Shown here: one piece after another, positions 27,504-36,920 of the stretch
Position numbering within the stretch: the first letter of the stretch is position 1
How the letters are laid out: each line of letters begins with the position of its first letter
NCBI GenBank assembly: GCA_963809615.1
Contig: CAWEKR010000002.1
Coordinates: forward strand, 6,725 to 70,724
DNA: 64,000 nucleotides
Source of the DNA: an uncultured Chloroflexia bacterium
GTDB lineage: Bacteria > Chloroflexota > Anaerolineae > Anaerolineales > UBA4823
Reading direction: 5' to 3'
Program-made: the position numbers and the translations under genes
The notes under the pieces: model-generated
Seen by the model: only the letters and a program-made list of their open reading frames with translations
What the model was told of the DNA's origin: nothing
Databases searched by the model: none

Positions 27504-28458
27504 CTAGGGCAATTCTTCGGTATCGTCAGTGCTCGGAGGCACGGGTTCCTCGCGCGTCAGCTCCAGGAAAATATCCTCCAGGCTGAGGTCAATATTCCTC
27601 AGCTCCAGCAGATCAAAACCAGCCTTGATCACATTCCGTGCAATTGCAGGTCGGATGTCTTTTCCAGGTGGAGTTTCGACCTCGACGGATCCTTCCTGGA
27701 TCAATGTGACCTTGGCAACTCCCGAGATCCCGTGGATCAGCTTCTCCAATCCATCCCCATCCCCTTGAACCCGCACAGACACCCGCTGGACCCCAGTCAA
27801 CCCTGCCTGCAATCTTTCAGGGGTATCTTCGACCACGATCTCGCCTTTATTAATAATGAGTACCCGGTCACAGATTTGCTGCGCTTCAGAAAGGATGTGT
27901 GTCGATAACAAGACGGTCCGTTGTTTACCAATTTCGCGAATTAAGCTGCGCACCTCTCGTATTTGAGCGGGGTCCAATCCGATCGTTGGCTCATCCAGGA
28001 TCAGTACCTCGGGTTCGTGCAGCAAAGCCTGTGCCAGCCCGATGCGCTGGCGCATGCCTTTGGACAGGTTGCTGATATACCCATTGGCACGATCGCTCCA
28101 TGTGGACAATCTCCAGCACATCATCCACGCGCTCATCGGCGTTCTTAACACTGCGCAAATCGGCCATGTATTTCAGGTAATCAAATACAGACATATCTGG
28201 ATACAGCGGCACAGTTTCAGGTAAATATCCAACACGTTTCCTGACCTCAAGGGATTGGTCCACCACATTAAAACCGGCTACCCTGGCAACCCCCATGGTC
28301 GGAGGCATAAAACCGGTCAGGATGCGCATGGTGGTGGTCTTACCGGCCCCATTCGGTCCCAAGAATCCCAGGATTTCTCCTGGTTTTGCCTGGAAGGTTA
28401 AATTGTAAATTGCTCGCCTGGGGCCGTAATCTTTCGTCAATCCTTCCACTTCGATCAT
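27504..28458 (-). pseudogene. GldA-like ABC ATPase split by a 1-nt insertion near 28097 (pseudogene or sequencing error)
   Basis: Walker A GPNGAGKTT in one frame, signature LSKGMRQR and Walker B LILDEP in another; 955 nt = 3n+1; junction CAC ATG GAG C GAT CGT GCC. Confidence 0.85.
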
Positions 28459-28652
28459 AAACCTCTCCTGAAATACGAAGAAAAAGCACGGCAACCGACT
28501 CCCGGTGGCTGTGCTATCACCCTTGACTATGCAGTTAGATGCTTGGCATAATCCTTTTGAAAACTTATTCGTGTCACTGTGTAAGACTATACATTAATAA
28601 AACCAGCAAAGTCAAGTGGTTGACTGAAGTCTAATGAAACCCTAATCTGTGA

Positions 28653-29777
28653 CTACTCCCCACGCCTAAAGGCGGGGGCTTCTAAGGCATAGCCCAAAGA
28701 TTGTAGCCCGAATCTCAAAATATTATTTGCTGCATTTTCGTCTCGATCCATGACGAGACCACACACTGGACAGGTATGAACTCGATCTGCCAGAGATTTC
28801 TCCACCATCGTTCCACAGCCAGAACATATCTTGGATGTATTGCATGGATCAACCAATACGACCACCCGACCAGCATTCTCAGCTTTGTACGTGGTGTACT
28901 GTATCAGTTGGTTCCAGGCTGCATCCGAGATGCTTTTTGCCAGACAATGGTTTTGAAGCATGTTCTTGCTGTTCAACTTCTCAAAGGCGATCATGCCGAA
29001 TCGATCCACCCAGGCACGGCTCAGTTGATGCGCAAAGTCCTTGCGTCGATTGACAATGCGTTCGTGGATGTGCTGAACAGCCTTGCGACGTTTCGCTCGT
29101 TCGGGGGTTTCTTTCCCGACCCGCGAGAGTTTACGCTGTGCTTTCGCAAGCTCTTTCTCATCCAGGCGAAAGAAACGGGGATTTTCGACCTTCACACCGT
29201 TCGACAATGTAGCAAAGCTTTCCAGTCCCATGTCTATCCCGATCGCCAGGTCGCTTGACGGCAAGTGTTCCTCTTCTACCTCACACGCAAAGCAGGCATA
29301 CCAATTGCCAACTGCATCCCTGCGAATGGTGAGTGTTTTGATCCGCCCTTGGATGGGGCGATGCAAAACAACCTTCACTACGCCTATCTTGGATAGAAAC
29401 AAACCGTTACCCAGAAGTTCAAAGCCAAACTGCTTGAAAGTGAAACTATCGTACCAACCAACTCCCCGAAAGCGTGGATAGCCAGGCTTCTCCCCTGCTT
29501 TCAATCTGCGAAAGAAGGCCTTAAAAGCCAGATCAACCCGATCTTGAACGTTCTGCAATACCTGAGAGTACACACCCTTCAATTCAGGATGTTCCTGCTT
29601 CCAGGTAGGGAGAAGCTTGTTCGTATCGTACAGCGAAAGACTTCTATGCTCTTGCTCCCAGGTGCTTTTGCGAGTGGCAAGTGTCTCGTTGTAGACCGAG
29701 CGGCATAGCTCCAACGTCTGCATCAGTTTTGTGCGTTGGCTCTTGGATGGATGAAGGCGATACTTGAAGGTTATCAT
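28653..29777 (-). CDS. tnpB: RNA-guided endonuclease TnpB (copy 2)
   Basis: 374 aa; about 10 substitutions versus copy 1; RuvC D/E/D and Zn finger intact. Confidence 0.95.
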   Translation of the reverse strand: MITFKYRLHPSKSQRTKLMQTLELCRSVYNETLATRKSTWEQEHRSLSLYDTNKLLPTWKQEHPELKGVYSQVLQNVQDRVDLAFKAFFRRLKAGEKPGYPRFRGVGWYDSFTFKQFGFELLGNGLFLSKIGVVKVVLHRPIQGRIKTLTIRRDAVGNWYACFACEVEEEHLPSSDLAIGIDMGLESFATLSNGVKVENPRFFRLDEKELAKAQRKLSRVGKETPERAKRRKAVQHIHERIVNRRKDFAHQLSRAWVDRFGMIAFEKLNSKNMLQNHCLAKSISDAAWNQLIQYTTYKAENAGRVVVLVDPCNTSKICSGCGTMVEKSLADRVHTCPVCGLVMDRDENAANNILRFGLQSLGYALEAPAFRRGE

Positions 29778-30182
29778 TTAGACTGTCTTCTGGCTTTCGA
29801 TGTACTGCTTCAAGATTGCTATAGGAGCACCACCCACCGTAGAGACGAAATAAGAATGTGTCCACAAGGTAGGCAGTTTGCTTTTCAAGTGCGGAAACTC
29901 CTGACGGAGCAAACGAGAACTACGTCCTTTGACCTGCTTCACAAATTTATGTACCCCAAACTGCGGATCGACTTCGCACAGCCTATGCACGTGATCTGGG
30001 ATCACTTCAAGTTCGAGAACCTCGCAGGACAACTCTTTGGCCAGCTGATCAATAATCTCTTTCAGACGTTTATCCACACCCCCTACGAGCACCTTGCGGC
30101 GATACTTTGGGCAAAAGACAACATGGTATTTACACGAGTAGAGCACATGACGATTGCACTTAAATTCTTGTTTGTCGCCCAT
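29778..30182 (-). CDS. tnpA: Y1 HUH transposase TnpA (copy 2)
   Basis: 134 aa; two substitutions versus copy 1; DHVH and YIESQ intact. Confidence 0.95.
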   Translation of the reverse strand: MGDKQEFKCNRHVLYSCKYHVVFCPKYRRKVLVGGVDKRLKEIIDQLAKELSCEVLELEVIPDHVHRLCEVDPQFGVHKFVKQVKGRSSRLLRQEFPHLKSKLPTLWTHSYFVSTVGGAPIAILKQYIESQKTV

Positions 30183-30292
30183 ATGTTCTATTATACAATT
30201 GTGTTATATAATGTCAAGGTCTGCGCTTTATATCCCCATTGCTCAAGCAAGGGGCTTTACAGCGAAGTTTGGTAAAAATCTACCAGTCCGGT

Positions 30293-30321
30293 TTGACTTT
30301 TTCTATGGGATTAGGTAAAAT
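30293..30321 (+). promoter_or_regulatory. Putative sigma70 promoter of hppA
   Basis: TTGACT-N17-TAAAAT. Confidence 0.6.
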
Positions 30322-30458
30322 ATCGCCACCTGTACGGAACCTTCAACAAATGAATCGTAAATGAATCGATTAGACTACATTTCCTTTCGGGTTACCCAGA
30401 CGCAAATGCGTGTGGGAATTTTGTTTGTTTGCATCTTAATAGGTGGAGTGGAGGAGAG

Positions 30459-32849
30459 ATGAATATTTTATGGCTGGCCCGGCATGGTTTAAATGAGTTT
30501 GAACAGCTCGCTATTGTGGGTGTGGTGGTGGTGGCGATCATCAGCCTGCTCTACGCCTGGTACCTGCGCGGCATCGTGTTAGCCAAGGATAAAGGCACCG
30601 CAAAGATGCAGGAGGTGTGGAACGCCATCCGCATCGGGGCGAATAGTTATCTAAATCGCCAATTACGTTCAATCCTTCCCGTGATCTTAGTATTAACGGT
30701 TGTATTATTCCTGTCCGTTTATATCGTTCCTCCCTCCCTGGAAGCCCGCGAGTGGCATTGCATTTTCATTCAGGGTGTGGATGCCCGCAATCTTAATGCA
30801 TTAACTGCCTGCGCCAATGGCATCACCAAGGAAGGCACTCCCCAGGCCTACCAGCAGATCGTGCTCATCATTGGGGTCGCCCGCATGATTGGTTTTATCA
30901 TGGGCGCTTCGTTCTCGTTGACCGTGGGTCAGCTGGGGATGCGCATGGCGATCCAGGCAAATGTTCGCGCCGCTTCTGCTGCTCGCCGTGGCTTCAATGA
31001 GGCCCTTTCGATCGCCTATTATGCCGGTACGATCACCGGCATGCTCACTGATGGACTCGGTCTTTTGGGGGGGACCCTCATTTTCATGATCTTTGGTCGC
31101 GCTGCTCCTGATGCGCTGCTGGGGTTTGGCTTCGGCGGTACCCTGCTGGCATTATTCATGCGCGTTGGCGGTGGGATCTATACCAAGGCGGCTGACGTCG
31201 GTGCCGACCTGGTGGGTAAGGTGGAGCACGACATACCCGAAGATGATCCCCGCAACGCAGCCGTAATCGCCGACCTGGTGGGAGATAATGTGGGTGATTG
31301 TGCCGGTATGGCAGCCGATATCTTTGAAAGTTATGAGGTGACTATCGTCTCTGGTCTGATCCTGGGGCTGGCACTCGTAGCACTGACGGGTGACTTAAAA
31401 TGGATCGTATATCCGCTGATCATCCGTGCCATCGGTGTGATCAGCTCGATCCTGGGCACCTTTACCGTCCCCATCTGGGAAAAGTTCCCCATCAAGTTCC
31501 TGCGTGCCCATGATGCCGAAGAAGCCATGTTCCGTTCCTATGAAGTATCCAGTGTCAATACCATCGTGTGGGCTTTCGCCCTGGCTTACTGGTATGCTCA
31601 AGATTGGAGGATGGCTGCATTGACCACCATCGGCGTTGGTCTTGCCGTTATCTACAATCCGCTCACCTCCTACTTCACCTCCACCAAGAGGGAGCCGGTC
31701 AAGGAAATCGTAGATTCTACCCGCGGTGGTCCGGCGACCACGATCCTGTCAGGCCTGGCTGTCGGGATGGAATCAACGGTCTGGGCCCTCGTGGTCATTG
31801 CGATCAGTTTTATCCTGGCATTGCTGCTCTACCAAAATGACGGAACAACTTACGTCTTGTATGCAGTAGCCATGATCGGTATTGGTATGCTCAGCCATAC
31901 CGGCAACAATGTCGCCATGGACTCCTACGGTCCCATTTCGGATAATGCCAATGGGATCGGCGAGATGGCCTGGCATGGCCTGGAAGATGAGGAGACCCGC
32001 AAAGCCCGCCAGATCATGGCAGACCTGGATGCAGTTGGGAATACCACCAAGGCCATTACCAAAGGGGTAGCCATCGCCTCCGCTGTGATTGCCGCGGTCA
32101 GCCTGTTTGCCTCGTTCATCACGGATGTGGGTCGCGTCCAGACCCAGCTCGGATTTCCCATCATGGATTCCATTCGGGTATCCGACACGCGCGTCTTTAT
32201 CGGATTACTCCTTGGGGGTGCCCTACCCTGGCTGTTTAGCTCGCTCTCGATCAAGGCGGTCACTCGAGCCGCAGGTCTCATCGTTGAGGAAGTCCGCCGC
32301 CAATTCCGCATCCCCGGATTAATGGAAGGCACCGTCCAACCTGATTATGCTCGTGCGGTGGGAATTTCCACCAGTGCCGCGCAAAAAGAGTTGATCCCTC
32401 TGGCTACAATTGCCGTGCTGTTACCCCTGGTAGTCGGTTTGATTTTAGGTGTAGAAGCCCTGGGAGGTTTCCTGGCAGGGATCATTCTCAGCGGTCAGCT
32501 ATTGGCGGTCTTCATGGCCAATACCGGTGGTGCCTGGGATAATGCCAAGAAAACGATCGAAGATGAGCCTCGCAATCTCGAGGCGAATACCGGCAAAGGA
32601 TCTGAGCGCCATAAAGCCGGTGTGGTGGGTGATACCGTGGGCGACCCGCTCAAGGATACCGCCGGTCCGGCATTAAACCCGATGATCAAGGTGGTCAACC
32701 TGGTCAGCCTGATCATGGCACCCATTATCGTGAAATATAGCCAAACCGCGGCAGTCTCTTATGTAATCGGGTTCCTTCTCCTGGTTGCTGTCGGTTGGGC
32801 AATCATGCGTAGCAAAAAACGCGCCGTTCCGTTTGAGGAAACCACTTAA
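30459..32849 (+). CDS. hppA: Membrane-bound pyrophosphatase, predicted K+-independent H+-pumping type
   Basis: GGIYTKAADVGADLVGKVE, EDDPRN, DNVGD, GGAWDNAKK, GDTVGDPLKD; GNTTKA carries the Lys marking K+-independence; start MNILW after GGAGG. Confidence 0.92.
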   Translation: MNILWLARHGLNEFEQLAIVGVVVVAIISLLYAWYLRGIVLAKDKGTAKMQEVWNAIRIGANSYLNRQLRSILPVILVLTVVLFLSVYIVPPSLEAREWHCIFIQGVDARNLNALTACANGITKEGTPQAYQQIVLIIGVARMIGFIMGASFSLTVGQLGMRMAIQANVRAASAARRGFNEALSIAYYAGTITGMLTDGLGLLGGTLIFMIFGRAAPDALLGFGFGGTLLALFMRVGGGIYTKAADVGADLVGKVEHDIPEDDPRNAAVIADLVGDNVGDCAGMAADIFESYEVTIVSGLILGLALVALTGDLKWIVYPLIIRAIGVISSILGTFTVPIWEKFPIKFLRAHDAEEAMFRSYEVSSVNTIVWAFALAYWYAQDWRMAALTTIGVGLAVIYNPLTSYFTSTKREPVKEIVDSTRGGPATTILSGLAVGMESTVWALVVIAISFILALLLYQNDGTTYVLYAVAMIGIGMLSHTGNNVAMDSYGPISDNANGIGEMAWHGLEDEETRKARQIMADLDAVGNTTKAITKGVAIASAVIAAVSLFASFITDVGRVQTQLGFPIMDSIRVSDTRVFIGLLLGGALPWLFSSLSIKAVTRAAGLIVEEVRRQFRIPGLMEGTVQPDYARAVGISTSAAQKELIPLATIAVLLPLVVGLILGVEALGGFLAGIILSGQLLAVFMANTGGAWDNAKKTIEDEPRNLEANTGKGSERHKAGVVGDTVGDPLKDTAGPALNPMIKVVNLVSLIMAPIIVKYSQTAAVSYVIGFLLLVAVGWAIMRSKKRAVPFEETT

Positions 32850-32861
32850 TCCCAACACTCT

Positions 32862-32893
32862 AAAATCCCTCCCCACCGGGAGGGATTTTTTTA
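32862..32893 (+). terminator. Intrinsic terminator after hppA
   Basis: AAAATCCCTCCC-cacc-GGGAGGGATTTTTTT. Confidence 0.85.
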
Positions 32894-32959
32894 TAAACTG
32901 GCTCCACTCTTGCAACTTCTGCCAGAATAAGGCATACTTAACCTCGGGAGTCGAAACCT

Positions 32960-35900
32960 ATGGCAATAATTTCATTACGTGCATACAATCGCGAGATCGA
33001 AGGCATGATCGATAACGGGCAGCTGGATGAAGCAGTCGCACATTGCCGTCATATCCTTGCCACGTTCCCGAAACATATTGCCTCCTACCGTCTGTTGGGT
33101 AAAGCGCATTTGGAACAGCAGCGCATCAGCGATGCTACGGATATCTTTCAGCGGGTCTTGTCTGCGATCCCAGACGATTTTATTTCCAATGTCGGTATGA
33201 GCATCATCCGCGAGGACGAAAACAACCTGGATGCCGCAATCTGGCACATGGAGCTGGCCTACGAAGCCCAGCCGGCTAATATTGCCATTCAAGATGAACT
33301 GCGCCGCCTGTACGGTCGCAGGGACGGCGTGCAGCCTCCCAAGGTCCGCCTCACCCGCGGTGCGCTTGCCAGGATGTATGCTAAGGGAGGCCTCTTCGAT
33401 CAAGCCATTGCCGAGCTGCGGGCTGCAATTAACGAGGACCCTAACCGACCCGACTTACAGCTGCTGCTCGCCCTGATGTTTTTCCAGACCTCCCAACGCG
33501 TCGAAGCGGTTGACACGAGTGTCACCATTTTGAAGAAAATGCCTTTGTGTTTGGAAGCCAACCGGATCCTGGCCATTTCCCTGCCGGATGCTGAAAATTC
33601 AGAGGCAGTAAAAAACTCCCGCCAGATCGTCATCTCGATGGATCCGTACTATGCCTTCGCCGAGCCAGAGGCGATTACCTCCGAGCAGGTGTCTGAAGGC
33701 GCGGTGAACATTGAGCGGCTCGAATGGAAATCTGGGCTGCAAATTGCTGAGACTCCCAACCAACCCAATTGGGCCACTTCGCTCGGAATTTCGATGGATA
33801 AACCGGCCGAAGAAAATATCCCCGACTGGCTAAAAGCAGCCGAAGCACCTGCTGCGCAGTCATTAGATGAGAAGGCAGCCTCCGGTGTTTCCCCTTTCAT
33901 CTGGGATACCCAGGAAGTGGAAAAAATAATCACCGATACTTCAAAACCAGAGGGCGAGCTACCTGATTGGATGAAAGATGCCGGCTGGAAACCTGCCACG
34001 GCTGAGTCTATTCAACCTACTGGAGGGGTGGTCACGCCAGATGAGCAGAGCACCCCTTCTCCCGCGGACGGGGCGCTCCAGAATGCTGACATCCCTGAAT
34101 GGCTGCGAGGGATCGCGCCCAATGATTTCACTGGTGCTGAAGGACAGCAGCCCCAAGCGGAAGGAGAAACGCTTTCTAATCCATGGCTGGAGCCCCACCA
34201 GCCCGGTCCGACCGATTCGATCATCCAATGGCTCGAGGAAAAGCAGCCGGATGACGCCTCCACTCCAAAAGCGCAGGCAGACAGCTTTTCTTTTGCACCG
34301 GATGAAGAAGTGCCCGATTGGCTCAAAGACCTGGATATTCCAACCAGCTCAACAGCTGAAGAAAGCCCGGCCGTCCCCGCTGCCGCATTATCCTCCCTGC
34401 CTTCTGCCTTCCTGCAAGAGCCTGCAATCCCTGGACCAGCTGAAATTGGTACCGCTCCCACTCAAAATGCCGACGAGCCCTCCCAGCTGGCTCCTCCCGG
34501 GCAGCCTGAAACTGCCGCAACCCAGCAGAGTAGCGAAGGTGAGCAGCCGGCTGATTTAGCAGAAGAAGTACCTGACTGGTTAAAAGATCTCGCCGTCGCA
34601 ATCCCTGCCGCCGAGGTAATTGCCTCCATTGCAGATAAGACGGCTGAAGAGACTCCTCCCGTGGTGGAGCCGCTGGTCGAGCCAGCAGCTGCACCCGAGC
34701 AGGCGGGTGTGATGGAAGCACCGCCTGTGGAAGCGGTTTCCCCTGAAAGTGTTGAGACAGCTCCCGTTCAGCAGCCGGAGGTAACTGAAGAAGCACCTGC
34801 ATCGCATCTGCCATTGGTTGCAGGAGCATTGCTGGCAGCCGAAATGCTGTCAAAACCGAGCGAAGAACCAGTCACCGAACTGCCCGCTACATCTGAAGCG
34901 CTTGTACCCGCTGAGCCAGCCATTCCTGCAGAGTCACCTGCGCTAACCGGGGCAGCTACGGCAGCAGAGCTTGCAGCATTTGAATTACCCGACCAGGTCG
35001 AAGAATCACCTGCCGGGGGGCTCTCGCCTCAACCAACCGATCAACCTCAAGTCGATCAGCTCATCCCGGAAAACACCGAAATCGCCGTGACTGAACCCGG
35101 TTCGATGAGTGAGGCCGATGCTTTTGCCTGGCTGGAAGGCCTGGCGGCCGAACAGGATGCGAAGGAAGAGGGATTGGTCACTGCACCTGGTGAGGGAGAG
35201 CTCGAACCCCCTGAATGGGTGAAGCTTGATCTGGAACCCATGACCGAAGCCCCAATTTCAGCCCAGGTACCTGCTGCAGACGAGCAGGCCCTGCCCGCCG
35301 AAGTGATCCCGGATTGGCTCAAAGGACTGGGCGAAGAGCCGCAAGGCGCGCTTGTTTCTGAATCTACGCAGCCATTTGCAGCACCCGAACCCGAACCAAC
35401 CTTACCCGAGCAAACCGAAGCTGAGCAAACCGAAGTTGAGCAGGAAAACCTGGAAGAGCTGCCGGCCTGGATCCTCGACATGGAACAACCGGCCGCGGAA
35501 AAAGACGTCCCAGTTCCGGCTGAAGAAGAGTTGGAATGGAAATTGGAAGAGTTGCCCGACTGGCTTAAGGAAATCACCGAATCAGAAGCTGGCGAAGGTA
35601 CCGCGCCCACCCAAGCACCCGTTACGGCTGCAGAAATCGGAGCTGCCGCTGTGCTTGCTGGCATGCCTGAGACTGGGGCACCTGCCGAGCAGATCCCGCC
35701 GCCACAGGCGCCCATTTCAGCGGCAGATATCGCCGCTGCTGGCATCATCGCCGGATTGGTCCATACCGAGCAGCCCACTCCACCGGTGGAGACGGGTGAG
35801 CAGGTTATGGAAATACCCCCGCCAGAAACTCCGATTTCGGTATCAGCCGAGCCGCAACCTGTCGCGGTGGTAGAAGAGATCGTCCCGCAGGAGCTTGAGC

Positions 35901-36211
35901 TTGCTCCGCTTGAACCCCAGGAAGCGCCGGTGGTCCCGGCGGAGGTCGTGCCAGACCCTGCCGATACAGTATTATCCGATGCCCGCAGTGCACTCAGTCA
36001 GGGCCAGCCCACCCAGGCAGTGGGGATGTACACCAGTCTGATCAAACAAAACTCGCACCTTGCCGAGGTCATCAAGGACTTGCAGGAAGCTGTTTACCGC
36101 TACCCGGTAGATGTGGATCTGTGGGTGACACTCGGAGATGCACATTCCCATTCGCATGACTTGCAGGATGCGTTAAACGCCTACACCAAGGCGGAAGAGT
36201 TGGCCAGGTGA
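32960..36211 (+). CDS. Large TPR protein with a central acidic Pro-rich region carrying PDWL repeats
   Basis: TPR-like helices at both termini; about 600-aa E/P/A-rich linker with recurring (E)xPDWLK motifs. Confidence 0.8.
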   Translation: MAIISLRAYNREIEGMIDNGQLDEAVAHCRHILATFPKHIASYRLLGKAHLEQQRISDATDIFQRVLSAIPDDFISNVGMSIIREDENNLDAAIWHMELAYEAQPANIAIQDELRRLYGRRDGVQPPKVRLTRGALARMYAKGGLFDQAIAELRAAINEDPNRPDLQLLLALMFFQTSQRVEAVDTSVTILKKMPLCLEANRILAISLPDAENSEAVKNSRQIVISMDPYYAFAEPEAITSEQVSEGAVNIERLEWKSGLQIAETPNQPNWATSLGISMDKPAEENIPDWLKAAEAPAAQSLDEKAASGVSPFIWDTQEVEKIITDTSKPEGELPDWMKDAGWKPATAESIQPTGGVVTPDEQSTPSPADGALQNADIPEWLRGIAPNDFTGAEGQQPQAEGETLSNPWLEPHQPGPTDSIIQWLEEKQPDDASTPKAQADSFSFAPDEEVPDWLKDLDIPTSSTAEESPAVPAAALSSLPSAFLQEPAIPGPAEIGTAPTQNADEPSQLAPPGQPETAATQQSSEGEQPADLAEEVPDWLKDLAVAIPAAEVIASIADKTAEETPPVVEPLVEPAAAPEQAGVMEAPPVEAVSPESVETAPVQQPEVTEEAPASHLPLVAGALLAAEMLSKPSEEPVTELPATSEALVPAEPAIPAESPALTGAATAAELAAFELPDQVEESPAGGLSPQPTDQPQVDQLIPENTEIAVTEPGSMSEADAFAWLEGLAAEQDAKEEGLVTAPGEGELEPPEWVKLDLEPMTEAPISAQVPAADEQALPAEVIPDWLKGLGEEPQGALVSESTQPFAAPEPEPTLPEQTEAEQTEVEQENLEELPAWILDMEQPAAEKDVPVPAEEELEWKLEELPDWLKEITESEAGEGTAPTQAPVTAAEIGAAAVLAGMPETGAPAEQIPPPQAPISAADIAAAGIIAGLVHTEQPTPPVETGEQVMEIPPPETPISVSAEPQPVAVVEEIVPQELELAPLEPQEAPVVPAEVVPDPADTVLSDARSALSQGQPTQAVGMYTSLIKQNSHLAEVIKDLQEAVYRYPVDVDLWVTLGDAHSHSHDLQDALNAYTKAEELAR

Positions 36212-36298
36212 AACGCGCTTTACTATGGTAAGATATCGACGTGAAACGTGTCCCGATACGTTTCACGTTTCGCGTATCATCCAAATTCGGAGGTGGTT

Positions 36299-36751
36299 AT
36301 GGAACGCTCCTTAGTGCTGGTTAAACCAGATGCTGTACAAAGAGGCTTGATAGGTGAAGTGATCTTGAGGCTCGAGAGGCGGGGTTTGCGCCTGGTTGCC
36401 GCCAAATTTATCGCTGTCAGCCAGGAATTAGCCCGTACGCATTATGCCATGCATATGGGTAAACCTTTCTACGAAGGACTAATTCGGTATATCACTTCCG
36501 CTCCCGTCATGGCAATGGTCTGGGAAGGTCCGAATGCGATCAGTGCCATCCGCCAGACGATGGGGGCAACTTCTCCCACCACGGCTGCGCCTGGTTCCAT
36601 CCGCCATGATTTCGCCCTCGAGATTGGTCGCAACCTCACCCACGCCTCCGATAATATCGAAAATGGCGAAAAAGAAGTGGCGTTATGGTTCACTCCCTCC
36701 GAGCTGATCACCTGGCAGCGCTCGATCGACCAGTGGGTGTTCGAGGATTAA
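36299..36751 (+). CDS. ndk: Nucleoside diphosphate kinase
   Basis: MERSLVLVKPDAVQR, PGSIR.DF, NLTHASD; GGAGG RBS before ATG 36299. Confidence 0.95.
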   Translation: MERSLVLVKPDAVQRGLIGEVILRLERRGLRLVAAKFIAVSQELARTHYAMHMGKPFYEGLIRYITSAPVMAMVWEGPNAISAIRQTMGATSPTTAAPGSIRHDFALEIGRNLTHASDNIENGEKEVALWFTPSELITWQRSIDQWVFED

Positions 36752-36792
36752 TTCTTCATTCGTAAAATACAAAACACATCTAACATTTCCAT

Positions 36793-36858
36793 CCCGTGCC
36801 CCTTTACTCTTGGGAGTCTCTCTCTTTGAGTCTCCTGGTGAGAGGCACGGGTTATTTT
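36793..36858 (+). terminator. Long hairpin, probable terminator after ndk
   Basis: CCCGTGCC...GGCACGGG closing stem followed by TTATTTT. Confidence 0.5.
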
Positions 36859-36920
36859 AAGATATAATCTGACATTCTGAAGCGAAATTAGTGGTATTCT
36901 GATCCCGATTAGAGGAATTA

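Larger units (their letters stand above)
28649..30271 (-). mobile_element. IS200/IS605 family element (IS608-like), copy 2, 1623 bp
   Basis: Reverse-complement near-identical to copy 1; same TTAC| left junction and TCAC| right end; sits between divergent gldA-like and hppA genes. Confidence 0.92.

Noticed and set aside
28085-28105. Programmed frameshift in the ABC ATPase (and likewise near 48020)
   Set aside because: No slippery heptamer or homopolymer at either junction; mutation or sequencing error is simpler.
36238-36275. parS site
   Set aside because: Half-sites are in the wrong order and separated; they do not form TGTTTCACGTGAAACA.
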